Shown: piece after piece, positions 41,854 through 52,247 of the stretch | How positions within the stretch are numbered: the stretch's first letter is position 1 | Layout: the number at the start of each line of letters is the position of its first letter | Origin: Candidatus Neptunichlamydia sp. | GTDB taxonomy: Bacteria > Chlamydiota > Chlamydiia > Chlamydiales > Simkaniaceae | DNA: 64,000 nucleotides | Assembly (NCBI GenBank): GCA_965233865.1 | Contig: OZ247587.1 | Span: 1,664,001-1,728,000, forward strand | Direction: 5' to 3' | Program-made: the position numbers and the translations under genes | Notes under the pieces: model-generated | Databases searched by the model: none | Told to the model about the DNA's origin: nothing | Seen by the model: only the letters and a program-made list of their open reading frames with translations

Positions 41854-42941
41854 CTGATGCACATTTTAATGAATCGGGGCCCAAAAATGAAGAAAAAAGC
41901 GATCGGGAGGGTGAAGATTGCCCAAAATGGGGGGACGACATGTAGCTCTCCCAGAATAACACACCCATCCATGATGGTAAAAAATGCGATGTATCCAAAA
42001 ACTGTTAGAGAGAAAATAATAAAAGTTGGGTCATTTCGACTTGAAACGACGCAGAAGGGAATCAATCCAATCAGAACCAGAACAGGAAGCCAAGGCATAA
42101 AAAGTTTAAAGTAGAGGTAAGTGTGAACAAGCCAGCGGTTTTCATGAAAGAGACGGGTTTTATTAAGCGCCATGGTTGCTAATTGAGTCATCGATCGGTT
42201 TTCCATTGACTGCTCAAAATAATCTTGTAAATCAAAGTTTAAATAGAGCGATTCAAAAGAGTGCCTTGAAAAGGAAGAGACCTTTTCTATCTGTCCTTTT
42301 TCATTCCGTTTCATATGGTCGACAAAGGTTCCTACTGGGTGAGGAGATCTAATTTGTAGCGTTTTCATATGATAGATTTCATCAGAAGAGTGCACCCAGA
42401 AAATATCAACAAATTCTTTTTTTTCAGTATTGTAAGACTGATAGAGGAAGCGCGTACCATCTTCTAAGGAAAGAGAATGAACCGCTGTTTCAGTCTTTTT
42501 GTGAGATTTTTTTTTCTTTAGGTATTTTTGTTCAAAGTGATCAATGTAGTTAAGCGACTTTGGGGCTAGAACTTCAAAGTTGTAATAGTTCGCTGCAACG
42601 CAGATCAGCCCTACAAAAAAGAAAGGACGGATGAGGTGATAAACAGGGATGCCAGCTGCTTGAAATGCAAGGAGTTCATTTCGCTTATTCAAGCTTGTTA
42701 GAATCTTTACACTTGAAATCAATAAAGATAGAGGGAGAAGGAGGTCACATCGTTTTAAAAAAAGCATTCCATAATAAATAGACAAATCCCCCCAAGAGAT
42801 TTGATCATTCTTTAGGATTTCTTGTATGTGCATTGAGTAATCAATCAAAACGTATAAGAAGAAAAAGCAGAACAAAAACAGAAAGAAAACCTTGAAAATC
42901 TCTTTTAATAGATAACGTTGCCAGATTTTTGTAAATATCAT
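41850..42941 (-). CDS. lptG: LptF/LptG family permease (LptG-like)
   Basis: WQRYLLKE and NELLAFQAAGI motifs; 3 TM + periplasmic domain + 3 TM; second gene of a tandem pair. Confidence 0.75.
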   Translation of the reverse strand: MIFTKIWQRYLLKEIFKVFFLFLFCFFFLYVLIDYSMHIQEILKNDQISWGDLSIYYGMLFLKRCDLLLPLSLLISSVKILTSLNKRNELLAFQAAGIPVYHLIRPFFFVGLICVAANYYNFEVLAPKSLNYIDHFEQKYLKKKKSHKKTETAVHSLSLEDGTRFLYQSYNTEKKEFVDIFWVHSSDEIYHMKTLQIRSPHPVGTFVDHMKRNEKGQIEKVSSFSRHSFESLYLNFDLQDYFEQSMENRSMTQLATMALNKTRLFHENRWLVHTYLYFKLFMPWLPVLVLIGLIPFCVVSSRNDPTFIIFSLTVFGYIAFFTIMDGCVILGELHVVPPFWAIFTLPIAFFFIFGPRFIKMCIR

Positions 42942-44029
42942 TCAATTCCTCCTAGGATCCGTTTTTGAAACCAATACGAAGCAAAGAGGAGAATCATCAA
43001 TGGGAGAGAATAAAAGAAAATGACCTTGTGAGGGGAAAGCTGGAATGATTTTGCGGCAATTGAACAGATAAAAGTAAATCCTGAGAGGAGGGTCGCCCAA
43101 TAAAGCCCCTTTTTCTTTTGTCCCCGTCCAATTTGCATTCCCAAGGAAAAGCCTAAGAGATTAAAAGCAAAAGTAATGGATGGAAAAAAGAGGCGGCGGC
43201 AAAATTCAAATTTTGCCCGATTTATTATTTTGATGTTTGCATCTGGGTCGGAAAATGTGTGCAGGAGTGTTGTCATTGGAAGATGTTCCATCCCCAGTCT
43301 GTGAGTACTTTTTTTCATGAGATCTGAGAGAGCTGAGGCAGAAGTCGACATTGTCTCCTGGTTTTCGATAATTAAGCTATCAAAAAAATCAGGCTCTTCA
43401 GGGATATTGGAGATAATGGTCACTTGACTTCCTGTCATTAAGTTATCATTAACAGCAAATTTTTTGGCTGTCATTAAACTGATGCGGTCAGTTGATTCAT
43501 TTTTGACTGCAAAAATGATGTCTTTAGCTTCTCTTCCTAGGTGTGTCATCTTCATGTCGACATAAGAGTCTTGAAGTTTGAGCATCTTAGATTTTTTTAT
43601 TAAAAATAGAGGGTTGATGGTTGTTGCGCTCTGAATTAAGTTTTGGGAGAGGTGGCGACATCTTGGAGTGACTTCTGCGACAATTGCAAAATTCACAACA
43701 GAAAGAAGAAAGGCAGCCATAAGTAGGGGAGTTCCGAGTGTTTTGACTCCAATGCCTGAGGCTCGAAAGGCGGTGAGTTCTTGGGTATGGGAAAGGCGCT
43801 GCAAAAGAAGAATTGCTGAAATTAATCCAGAAATCGGAATCGCGATGGGGAGGATATGGGGGATTTGAAAGAGTGTAAAGAGAAGAACCTTACCTAAATG
43901 AGAGTTTAAGGCAACAAGACGCGCAATTTCCTGAATCCGCGTAACGAGTAGGACGGAGATAAACCCAACGACACATAGAAAAAAAACTTGAAAATAGTTA
44001 CGAAGAAGCAATCGCCACACGAGAGGCAT
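42938..44029 (-). CDS. lptF: LptF/LptG family permease (LptF-like)
   Basis: LPIAIP and RLSHTQELTAFRASG motifs; same topology; first gene of the pair. Confidence 0.75.
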   Translation of the reverse strand: MPLVWRLLLRNYFQVFFLCVVGFISVLLVTRIQEIARLVALNSHLGKVLLFTLFQIPHILPIAIPISGLISAILLLQRLSHTQELTAFRASGIGVKTLGTPLLMAAFLLSVVNFAIVAEVTPRCRHLSQNLIQSATTINPLFLIKKSKMLKLQDSYVDMKMTHLGREAKDIIFAVKNESTDRISLMTAKKFAVNDNLMTGSQVTIISNIPEEPDFFDSLIIENQETMSTSASALSDLMKKSTHRLGMEHLPMTTLLHTFSDPDANIKIINRAKFEFCRRLFFPSITFAFNLLGFSLGMQIGRGQKKKGLYWATLLSGFTFICSIAAKSFQLSPHKVIFFYSLPLMILLFASYWFQKRILGGIE

Positions 44030-44083
44030 TTATTACCTTAATTATGCAAAATAAATCCCTCTTAGTGTATCCTAATTCCTTTT

Positions 44084-45310
44084 TTGTCGAAAGAAGCGAT
44101 GTACGATCGTATTGTAAAAGATTTTCTAATTCTCCGATTAAAAAAGGGTTCGACTCTTCTTCTGGGGCTTTCAGGGGGACCAGATTCTATGGCGTTGCTT
44201 CATTTTCTCATGGAGGCTAAGAAGGAACTCAATTTTTTTCTCCATGTAGCACACGTAGATCATGGATGGCGCGAAGAAAGTGGAAGAGAGGCAGAGACCC
44301 TTCGCCAAATGTCTAAGTACCATTCACTTCCTTTTTATCTCCATCGATTAGAAAAGATGGAGGGAAGAGATCTTGAAAATCGCTCTCGAAATGAAAGGTT
44401 AAAATTCTTCTGCGCTCTTCATTCAGAGCATCATTATCAAGCTCTGCTTCTAGCTCACCACAGTGGTGATCATGCTGAAACAGTATTCAAACGGGTCGCA
44501 GAAGGGGCAGGGTTGAGAGGTCTCGGAGGCCTATATGCTGAACGGTCTATTGAAAACCTTTCCGTGTGGCGTCCCCTTCTTTCTTTAAAAAAAAAAGACC
44601 TCTTGACTTACCTTCATAGAAAAAAACTCCACTACTTTGAAGACCCTACGAATCAAGATCCCAAATACCTCCGTTCTAGAATGAGACAAACACTTTTCCC
44701 CACTCTAGAGGAAATTTTTGGAAAGAGGATGGAGGGAAATTTTGCTAGAATTGGAAAAATGTGCCAGGAACTCGCCGACTATTTTGAAGAAAAAGGGGAA
44801 GAGATTGAAAAAAAACTGGTTTATGGCCCTTTTGGTGCTTACCTTAATTTAGAGCAAGGAATTCACTCTGTTGAGCTCAAGTACTATTTAAAAGAGTTAG
44901 CCCCCTTTTCTCACGATGCCCTTGAAGTGCTCATGAAACTCATTAGAGAGCGTCGTTGTTCGCGCCTAATTCAATCGGGAAATTTGACCTTTCAAATCAC
45001 TCGATCGCACCTATTCATCTACCAGAATCCTTTTCCTGACTTTTTTGAAAAGAGTGAACTTTGGACAGAAGGAGAAAATGGAGACTGGAAAGAGTTTTGG
45101 CAGGGAAAGATTAAAATTGAAGAAGGTGTTACTTTGAAAAAGCTGTCGGAGGTCGAGCCGCTTCTTAAAAGAAAATTGAAGAAGTGGTTTGCAGCACACC
45201 ATGTTCCTTCATTTTTTTATGATAAGGCTCCAATTTTTACGAAAGGGAATAAGGTTGTAGGAGATAGCCTTACTGGGAAAAACTTAAATATTTTATTAAA
45301 AGATAAATAA
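44084..45310 (+). CDS. tilS: tRNA(Ile)-lysidine synthase
   Basis: SGGPDS, HVDHGWR, AHHSGDHAET, RPLL and EDPTN motifs. The start could instead be ATG 44099. Confidence 0.95.
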   Translation: MSKEAMYDRIVKDFLILRLKKGSTLLLGLSGGPDSMALLHFLMEAKKELNFFLHVAHVDHGWREESGREAETLRQMSKYHSLPFYLHRLEKMEGRDLENRSRNERLKFFCALHSEHHYQALLLAHHSGDHAETVFKRVAEGAGLRGLGGLYAERSIENLSVWRPLLSLKKKDLLTYLHRKKLHYFEDPTNQDPKYLRSRMRQTLFPTLEEIFGKRMEGNFARIGKMCQELADYFEEKGEEIEKKLVYGPFGAYLNLEQGIHSVELKYYLKELAPFSHDALEVLMKLIRERRCSRLIQSGNLTFQITRSHLFIYQNPFPDFFEKSELWTEGENGDWKEFWQGKIKIEEGVTLKKLSEVEPLLKRKLKKWFAAHHVPSFFYDKAPIFTKGNKVVGDSLTGKNLNILLKDK

Positions 45311-45678
45311 GAAAAAAGATTACTCTAGCTTTGCTTTCTTCACATTCTTTTTCTTTTCCCTCAGTCAAGCGCTTATGCTCATCGTTTAAGGGCGTTTTTT
45401 AACACAAGGCTTTAGATGTCAATATCTAAACTAAATAGAGAATTTTCTGATAAATGACTGGCTATCCTCTTTAGGCTTTTAATTGCAGTTTGATAAATTT
45501 TTCTATTCAGAAAAAGGGTAATTATTTAAAATAGTGTAGCTGCTAAGGTTTGATGCTGAGGCAGTTTGCTAATCGATGAAACATTTTGGGTTGCCAAGGA
45601 ATTTCTATGTCGGTAATAAAAAAAATTAAAGGATCGAATAAAGGTTTTCGGTCTTTCAAGAATACATTTAAGAAGAGA

Positions 45679-48432
45679 ATGGATCAGCCTGAAAAACCAC
45701 AAGAACCAAGGAAGCGTTTTCCTGGAGGGTTCTTATTATTTCTATTGGCCGCTATCTTAATCATTCTGACAGTACAAAATCTGTCGAGTGATAAAGGGGG
45801 AAAGGTTTCGTTTAGCCACCAAGTGGAGCACTTGGTCAATCTCGATTTAATTCATAAAGATGATAGTCGAAAGATTGCCCAAAATGATAACCTTGTGACT
45901 TTTACAGGTAAATTTAAAGAACGACTCAGCGATGAAGCTAAAACACGTTATCGCTATTTGGAACTTCTCAATGATAGTTACCTACTTAAAGAAAAATATG
46001 GTTCTCTATCAGAGAACTTATCTTCTCTACAGGGTGATGTAGAGAAAGCTGCTGAGAGATTTCTTGTCTTGAGTGGGACTCCTATTCCAAAAGGAGGATT
46101 TAGTGTCATTGGCCCTTTTTATAATACTCAGAAAAGGCAAAACAGTGTGATAATTTACTCCCTCCCTGAAAAGAGTGAAATGAGCCTAACTGAGTTGCAA
46201 GCTGAGTATCGATCTGCCTCTCAGATCTCTACAAATAAATTTGTTAGGGAGTTTGGTGAACACCTTGAGAAGCTTATTCAAAGTTATAAATCACCGATCT
46301 TAGGGATTGGAAGTGAAGCAATGAAGCAAGAGCTTCGTGTAGCTGAGACAGATGTCGGGCAAGCGCTTGAAAACAATGATATGCCTCAGGAGGCTTTGGC
46401 GACATATCAATCAGGACTTATTGCATTGAACCAAATTACTCTGGAGCTATTAAAATCGGACAATCACATTAAATTAATTGACCTTAGAAGTGTTCGAAAT
46501 TATCGCTACGAGCTGGGTCAATATCAGGAAGTGTTTGCTGCCATTGATGATAATAAGGCGCAACTTGATAAATCTAGGAAGAGCGTTTCTGACGTGACAT
46601 GGTTTTTTAATAATAAGGAGCTTTCAACGAAAGCTTTAGAAAAACAGAGTCCTGAAGCATTTTCTCTTTGGTTTGCTCAGGGGAAGAAAGAGTGGGGAGC
46701 GTTTGCTGGGAACATGGGGACCCTTTTCAAAGCACCTGACCAACCTCGTAACCTTGTGTTGGAAAAGACGTTTAAAAGCCAGGAACCTTCACCAAATTAT
46801 CTAAGCTATATTTTCTTGACGATCTTTCCAATCGTCATTGTCCTTCTCGTTCTATACTTCATCTTTTCAAGACAAATGAAGGGAATGGGGTCGGGCGGTG
46901 CAATGAACTTCGGGAAATCCCCAGCAAAGATGCTCAACAAGAGCATGCATAAAATGACTTTTAAGGATGTTGCAGGGGTTGTAGAGGCTAAAGAAGAGCT
47001 TCAAGAAGTTGTTGATTTCCTAAAAGACCCCTCAAAGTTTACCGCACTCGGTGCACGCATTCCTAAAGGGGTTCTATTGGTTGGTCCTCCGGGAACAGGA
47101 AAAACCTTGATTGCAAAAGCGGTAGCTGGAGAGGCAGACCGTCCCTTCTTCTCGATTTCAGGTTCTGATTTTGTCGAGATGTTTGTGGGTGTTGGCGCTA
47201 GTAGGATCAGGGATCTCTTTGGCCAAGCAAAGAAGAATGCCCCTTGTATTGTCTTTATTGATGAGATTGATGCTGTGGGACGTCACCGGGGTGCCGGAAT
47301 TGGTGGTGGACACGATGAAAGAGAACAGACTTTGAACCAACTGCTTGTTGAGATGGATGGATTTGACACCAATGAAGGAGTCATCTTAATGGCTGCAACA
47401 AACCGTCCAGATGTTCTTGATAAGGCGCTGCTTAGACCTGGCCGCTTCGATCGAAATGTGATTCTTGACCTTCCCGATATAAAGGGGCGCTTTGAGATAT
47501 TGAAGGTCCATGCGAAAAAGATTAAGCTCGATGTGGATGTTGAGCTTATGGATGTTGCTAGGGCAACTCCTGGATCTTCGGGTGCTGATCTGATGAATAT
47601 TCTAAATGAAGCCGCTTTGCTTGCAGCGCGCAAAGGGCGCAGTGCTGTGATCCACCAAGATACCCTTGATGCATGCGATAAAGTAAAATATGGGAAAGAA
47701 AGGCGCAGTTTAGAACTTGGTGAAAAAGAAAAGCTCCATACGGCTTTTCACGAATCAGGACATGCTGTTGTTGGTCTGACCGTTGAGAGGGGAGACCCTA
47801 TTGAAAAAGTTACAATTATTCCACGAGGTTTCTCTCTTGGGGCGACCCATTTTGTTCCTGAGAAGAATAAGGTTAGCTACTGGAGAAAAGAACTTATCGA
47901 TCGACTTGCTATTTTGATGGGTGGGCGTGTTGCAGAAAATCTCTTTGTTGGGGATATCTCAAGCGGCGCTCAGATGGATATTTCTCAAGCGACCAAGCTT
48001 GCAAGAAGCATGGTGTGTCAGTGGGGGATGAACACAGCTCTTGGTCCGGTTGCTTATGACGAGAGGTCTGAAGAGGGAAGCTATGCAATGCCAGGACAGG
48101 CCTCCAAGAACTACTCTGAAGAAACGGCAAAGCAAATCGATTCAGAAGTGCGCAACCTTCTTGAGGAAGCCAATGCTTTTGCAAACAAGATTCTTGATGA
48201 GAACAAAGACAAAGCTCAGCTTATGGCGGATATGCTTATTGAGTTCGAGTCCTTGGATAAAGAAGATGTTCATACGATCATGGATGGCAGCTGGGATGCA
48301 GAGAAGAAGCGCGAAAAGCTCAAAGCAATGGTCGAAGCTCATCGTAAGATTCCACCACCACCACCTTCAGGTGATGAAGAGGAGTCTAAAAAAGGCGAAG
48401 ATCTAGGGCCCCCTGCGCCGCAGGGAGTTTAG
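45679..48432 (+). CDS. ftsH: ATP-dependent zinc metalloprotease FtsH with large periplasmic domain
   Basis: [27 protein letters not shown] and HESGH motifs; two TMs flank an ~330-aa periplasmic domain. The ORF is open from 45586, but ATG 45679 is preferred. Confidence 0.98.
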   Translation: MDQPEKPQEPRKRFPGGFLLFLLAAILIILTVQNLSSDKGGKVSFSHQVEHLVNLDLIHKDDSRKIAQNDNLVTFTGKFKERLSDEAKTRYRYLELLNDSYLLKEKYGSLSENLSSLQGDVEKAAERFLVLSGTPIPKGGFSVIGPFYNTQKRQNSVIIYSLPEKSEMSLTELQAEYRSASQISTNKFVREFGEHLEKLIQSYKSPILGIGSEAMKQELRVAETDVGQALENNDMPQEALATYQSGLIALNQITLELLKSDNHIKLIDLRSVRNYRYELGQYQEVFAAIDDNKAQLDKSRKSVSDVTWFFNNKELSTKALEKQSPEAFSLWFAQGKKEWGAFAGNMGTLFKAPDQPRNLVLEKTFKSQEPSPNYLSYIFLTIFPIVIVLLVLYFIFSRQMKGMGSGGAMNFGKSPAKMLNKSMHKMTFKDVAGVVEAKEELQEVVDFLKDPSKFTALGARIPKGVLLVGPPGTGKTLIAKAVAGEADRPFFSISGSDFVEMFVGVGASRIRDLFGQAKKNAPCIVFIDEIDAVGRHRGAGIGGGHDEREQTLNQLLVEMDGFDTNEGVILMAATNRPDVLDKALLRPGRFDRNVILDLPDIKGRFEILKVHAKKIKLDVDVELMDVARATPGSSGADLMNILNEAALLAARKGRSAVIHQDTLDACDKVKYGKERRSLELGEKEKLHTAFHESGHAVVGLTVERGDPIEKVTIIPRGFSLGATHFVPEKNKVSYWRKELIDRLAILMGGRVAENLFVGDISSGAQMDISQATKLARSMVCQWGMNTALGPVAYDERSEEGSYAMPGQASKNYSEETAKQIDSEVRNLLEEANAFANKILDENKDKAQLMADMLIEFESLDKEDVHTIMDGSWDAEKKREKLKAMVEAHRKIPPPPPSGDEEESKKGEDLGPPAPQGV

Positions 48433-48508
48433 ACAGTGTTGTCAAGTAATTCTTATTGAAAGGGTTCTTTGACGACACCATCTAGCATTCACAATTCATT
48501 CCGACTTT

Positions 48509-48730
48509 TTAGATGCTAAGTAATACTAACCGCTGACGGGAACATAAAGACCGGACTAGGGTTGGATTATCTGAAAATTCATTCCATGCTTCGCAACATG
48601 GATTAAATAAATCTTCATCATCTCTAAAACATCGATTTGAAAGATGAGATCTCTTCAAGTACTTCTAAATTTGCTCACAAGGATTGAGTTCAGGTGATGC
48701 CAGAGGAAGGGGCATCAGTGTCAGATTTGC
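48509..48730 (-). pseudogene. IS630-family transposase C-terminal remnant (absent from the ORF track)
   Basis: Manual translation: ANLTLMPLPLASPELNPCEQI*KYLKRSHLSNRCFRDDEDLFNPCCEAWNEFSDNPTLVRSLCSR. This contains the SPELNPxE motif, with the conserved Trp replaced by a stop. Confidence 0.85.
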
Positions 48731-48865
48731 AGACTAGTTGAAATCAAGAAGAGGTTATCACTGTATCAATAAAATTTTCAATTAGTATAACTCAATTGTT
48801 ATATTTTCTTGAAGGGCATATCCAATTTCAGTACTCCCTGGAAACCCTATTTATTCCATAGGTAG

Positions 48866-48894
48866 TATAGCTAAAACAACTCACTTTAGCTATA
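48866..48894. repeat. Perfect 10-bp inverted repeat with 9-nt spacer
   Basis: TATAGCTAAA-ACAACTCAC-TTTAGCTATA. The spacer and right arm recur at 63937-63956. Confidence 0.7.
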
Positions 48895-49058
48895 TCAATC
48901 CAATATCTATAGAATTTTTTATCAATGGACAGCACAATCTATTGAGAATTACACGTATTCTCTCTAGATCTTGCTATTGAATTTTATAATTAATTAAAGG
49001 GGCCTTTATTAAGGTCCTAAAAAACTAGATTTCTCTAGGGTTATTATTGAATTCTTAA

Positions 49059-49079
49059 TGCCCCCTTTGAAGGAGGCGT
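49059..49079 (-). terminator. Hairpin immediately downstream of pnp
   Basis: GCCTCCT-TCAA-AGGGGGC with only a short U tail. Confidence 0.45.
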
Positions 49080-49084
49080 AGTAT

Positions 49085-51202
49085 TTATTTTGCAACAGGT
49101 GCTTCGAGAAGTGCCTTGCGGCTAAGGCGGATTTTTCCGTTGCGATCAATTTCAAGGACTTTCACCTCAATCTCATCACCTTCTTTGAAGTGATCATCAA
49201 TATTATTGACGCGCTCATGAGCAATCTCTGAGATGTGGCAAAGCCCTTGAACATTTAGGAAAGCAACAAAAAGACCGAAGTCTTTAATCGTGACAACTTT
49301 TCCTTTGTAGGTCTTACCGATCTCAGCCTCTGCTGTAAGATCGTGGACGATTTGGCGTGCTCGGGCCATTCCTTCAGCAGAGTTAGAAGCAATGCTCACA
49401 TAGCCATTATCATCGATATTGATGTCAACACCTGTCTCTTCAACAATTGCGCGGATCTGTTTTCCTCCAGGACCAATAATCGTGCCGATTTGGCTTGGTT
49501 TGACTTTGATGGTTTCAATTCGCGGTGCATATTGAGACAAGTCATCTTTCGATTTAGGGCAGGCTTCAAGCATCTTATTGAGTATGTGGACACGTCCTTC
49601 TTTTGCTTGAGCAAGTGCAATTTTCATGATTTGTTTGTTGATGCCTTCAACCTTGATATCTAGTTGGAAGGCTGTAATTCCCTTCTCATCACCAGCGATT
49701 TTAAAGTCCATATCACCAAGAGCATCTTCCATTCCTAAGATGTCAGAGAGAATTGCGTAGTTTTCACCCTCAAGAATTAATCCCATTGCAATTCCTGCGA
49801 TCGGGCGTTTGATTGGAACTCCTGCTTCCATCATGGATAGGCATCCACCACAAACAGCGGCCATTGAAGAGGAACCATTAGATTCGGTAGTATTGGACTC
49901 AAGGCGTATGGTGTAAGGAAATGAATCTTTCTTAGGGACGATCGCTTGAAGCGAGCGTTCAGCAAGTTTTCCGTGTCCTATTTCTCGTCTTCCTGGAGAA
50001 CCCATGCGTCCCACTTCGCCTACTGAGTAAGGAGGGAAGGAGTACTGGAGGTAAAAATTGCGAAGTCCATCTGAATAGTCGAGGGTTTCGTAACGTTGTC
50101 CCATCGATTCACTACCAAGCGTACAGACAGAAATAGATTGCGTTTCACCGCGAGTAAACAACGTGCTACCATGAGTTCGTGGGAGGAGCCCCATTTCGAT
50201 CCAAATCTGACGTACGTCGGAGGTTCCCCTTCCGTCGCACCGTTGTTTCTTTTTAAGGACCATTTGCCGCATGTGGTGGGCTGTAACTTTTTTCATTGCC
50301 ATTGAAACTTCAAAAGGTTTGTATTTTGCACCTTCTTCAGGAAGAAGAGTTTCTTTAACTGTTTTACGGATAGCTGAAAGAGCATCTTCACGTACTTGCT
50401 TCTCAACAATGCGAATGGCATCTTGCAAGGGAGTTTCCATGATCGCGTTCACATCTTCTTTCAGTCCTTCAGGAAGGAATCTTAGGTCTGCACGGTTTTT
50501 CTCTTTCCCAACAACCTGCTGCCAATCCGAAAGCTTTTGGCAGATCGTTTTAATCGCTTCATGGCCTTCATCAATCGAATCCATGATCTGATCTTCATCC
50601 AAGAAATCGCAATAGCCTTCGATCATTAAGATTGCATCTTCTGTACCAGCTAAGAGTAGGTCGAGAACAGAGCTTTCCATTTCTTCTTTAGTTGGATTGA
50701 TGACAAATCTTCCTTCAATCATACCGACACGGACTGCTGCAATTGGCTTAATAAAGGGGATTTCAGAAATAACAAGTGCGGCAGCAGCTGCACAAATTGC
50801 TAGGGGCTCTGTTGGATTAACGCCATCATATGAGAGAACTTTTGTGATCACTTGGGTATCATTATAGTATCCATCTTCAAACATTGGGCGGATAGGTCTG
50901 TCAGTGAGGCGACAAGTGAGGACTTCTTTCTCACTTGGTCTTCCTTCTCGTTTGATAAAGCCACCAAGGGTTTTCCCTGCTGAGGAGAATTTTTCTTGGT
51001 AGTCGACCCTCAAAGGAAGGAAGTCCACCTCATCAAGAGGAGCTCCCATGCAAGCAGTAGATAAGAGCATTGTGTCCCCGGAGCGAATCATGACAGATCC
51101 ACCTGCTTGGCGGGCGATTTTTCCTGTTTCGAATGAAATTTCCTTTCCGCCTACTGAGACGGTGATCGACTGAGCTTCGAGATTTTGCTGTTTTGATTCC
51201 AT
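49085..51202 (-). CDS. pnp: Polyribonucleotide nucleotidyltransferase
   Basis: ETGKIARQA, FTRGETQ, RREIGHG, ESNGSSSMA and GDMDFK motifs; KH and S1 domains. Confidence 0.99.
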   Translation of the reverse strand: MESKQQNLEAQSITVSVGGKEISFETGKIARQAGGSVMIRSGDTMLLSTACMGAPLDEVDFLPLRVDYQEKFSSAGKTLGGFIKREGRPSEKEVLTCRLTDRPIRPMFEDGYYNDTQVITKVLSYDGVNPTEPLAICAAAAALVISEIPFIKPIAAVRVGMIEGRFVINPTKEEMESSVLDLLLAGTEDAILMIEGYCDFLDEDQIMDSIDEGHEAIKTICQKLSDWQQVVGKEKNRADLRFLPEGLKEDVNAIMETPLQDAIRIVEKQVREDALSAIRKTVKETLLPEEGAKYKPFEVSMAMKKVTAHHMRQMVLKKKQRCDGRGTSDVRQIWIEMGLLPRTHGSTLFTRGETQSISVCTLGSESMGQRYETLDYSDGLRNFYLQYSFPPYSVGEVGRMGSPGRREIGHGKLAERSLQAIVPKKDSFPYTIRLESNTTESNGSSSMAAVCGGCLSMMEAGVPIKRPIAGIAMGLILEGENYAILSDILGMEDALGDMDFKIAGDEKGITAFQLDIKVEGINKQIMKIALAQAKEGRVHILNKMLEACPKSKDDLSQYAPRIETIKVKPSQIGTIIGPGGKQIRAIVEETGVDINIDDNGYVSIASNSAEGMARARQIVHDLTAEAEIGKTYKGKVVTIKDFGLFVAFLNVQGLCHISEIAHERVNNIDDHFKEGDEIEVKVLEIDRNGKIRLSRKALLEAPVAK

Positions 51203-51229
51203 GGGACTCCTATTACTGGGTGAGGATCG

Positions 51230-51258
51230 AGTTTATCAGGAAGATATAATAGATGCAA
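51230..51258 (-). promoter_or_regulatory. pnp promoter
   Basis: TTGCAT-17-TAAACT with a TG extension. Confidence 0.6.
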
Positions 51259-51271
51259 GAAAGGAAATTTT

Positions 51272-51305
51272 AAAAAAGTCCTAGGAGGAGACTCTCCTAG
51301 GACTT
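51272..51305 (-). terminator. Intrinsic terminator after rpsO
   Basis: AAGTCCTAGGAG...CTCCTAGGACTT stem followed by a T-run on the minus strand. Confidence 0.85.
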
Positions 51306-51317
51306 GAATTTAAGATT

Positions 51318-51587
51318 TTACTTACGAAGATTCAGACGATTAATGAGCGTTTGATAACGCTTGGTATCCGTTGAATTTAAGTAATCAAGAAGCTTACGTC
51401 GTTGGCCAACTAGCTTGAGAAGGGCAAGCCGAGAGGCGTGATCCTTCGGAGCGAGCTTCAAGTGGTCTGTAAGCTCTGTGATTCTTTCAGTAAGGATGGC
51501 AATCTGTACATCAGCTGAGCCAGTATCCTTCTCGTGAAGTTGAAACTTCTTAGTAATTTCTTCTTTAGTACCTTTATCTAAAGACAT
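51318..51587 (-). CDS. rpsO: 30S ribosomal protein S15
   Basis: [19 protein letters not shown] and VGQRRKLL motifs. Confidence 0.99.
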   Translation of the reverse strand: MSLDKGTKEEITKKFQLHEKDTGSADVQIAILTERITELTDHLKLAPKDHASRLALLKLVGQRRKLLDYLNSTDTKRYQTLINRLNLRK

Positions 51588-51659
51588 TTATTTATACTCC
51601 CGATATAGACATTATTGTTAGACAGGACTTAGACATAAATTCATCATGTGACGGCCTTC

Positions 51660-51688
51660 ATTGTACCAAGGGTGGATATATATTTCAA
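51660..51688 (-). promoter_or_regulatory. rpsO promoter
   Basis: TTGAAA-17-TACAAT with a TG extension. Confidence 0.7.
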
Positions 51689-51717
51689 GCCAAGGGTTAT
51701 TCAAACTATCTTTTACC

Positions 51718-51746
51718 TTCACGGTCAATCTTTTTTGGGTTATAAT
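51718..51746 (+). promoter_or_regulatory. tadA promoter
   Basis: TTCACG-17-TATAAT, ending 9 nt before ATG 51756. Confidence 0.6.
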
Positions 51747-51755
51747 GTGCCTGAT

Positions 51756-52247
51756 ATGGATAAGATTTTTTTTGATACAAAGATGATGGAAGAAGCGCTT
51801 AAGGAAGCGCAAAAAGCCTACGATCTAGACGAAGTCCCTGTTGGCGCTATTCTCACACACCATGGAAAAGTCCTTTCCAGAGCTTATAATCAGATGGAGG
51901 GGCTGAGAGATCCTTCCGCTCATGCTGAACTCCTTTGTATTCGTGAGGGAGCGCGTTTCCTAGGAGATTGGCGTCTTTTAGAGACAACTCTTTATACAAC
52001 CCTAGAGCCCTGCCTTATGTGCGCCGGGGCTCTTCTTCTGGCTCGCGTGGGCCGTATTGTCTACGGAGCAGCAGATTTGCGCCATGGAGCTCATGGAAGT
52101 TACTTAAATGTCTTTGAGAAAAAACATCCGACCCACACCACTCAGATAGAAGGAGGGCTTCTCGAAGCTCAATCTGCCAAACTAATGAAAAATTTTTTTA
52201 AACAGCGAAGGAAAAAAAATGAAGCAGCAGTTGAAAACCCTCTTTAA
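51756..52247 (+). CDS. tadA: tRNA adenosine(34) deaminase
   Basis: EVPVGA, HAE, LEPCLMC and FFKQRR motifs. Confidence 0.93.
   Translation: MDKIFFDTKMMEEALKEAQKAYDLDEVPVGAILTHHGKVLSRAYNQMEGLRDPSAHAELLCIREGARFLGDWRLLETTLYTTLEPCLMCAGALLLARVGRIVYGAADLRHGAHGSYLNVFEKKHPTHTTQIEGGLLEAQSAKLMKNFFKQRRKKNEAAVENPL

Noticed and set aside
45679..46900. Very large FtsH periplasmic domain as a novel fusion
   Set aside because: Chlamydial FtsH proteins are typically about 900 aa with this extension.
37727..48406. Longer alternative-frame or antisense ORFs (e.g. 37727-38170, 41392-41838, 47283-47633, 48041-48406)
   Set aside because: They lie wholly within well-supported genes and have no motifs, so they are treated as shadow ORFs.
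48433..48740. Cluster of short hairpins suggesting a structured ncRNA
   Set aside because: The minus strand translates to an IS630 transposase remnant, and 5-7-bp stems are expected by chance at this composition.
48866..48894. CIRCE (HrcA) operator
   Set aside because: The N9 spacing fits, but the arms match TTAGCACTC only at TAGC, and the site lies between convergent gene ends.
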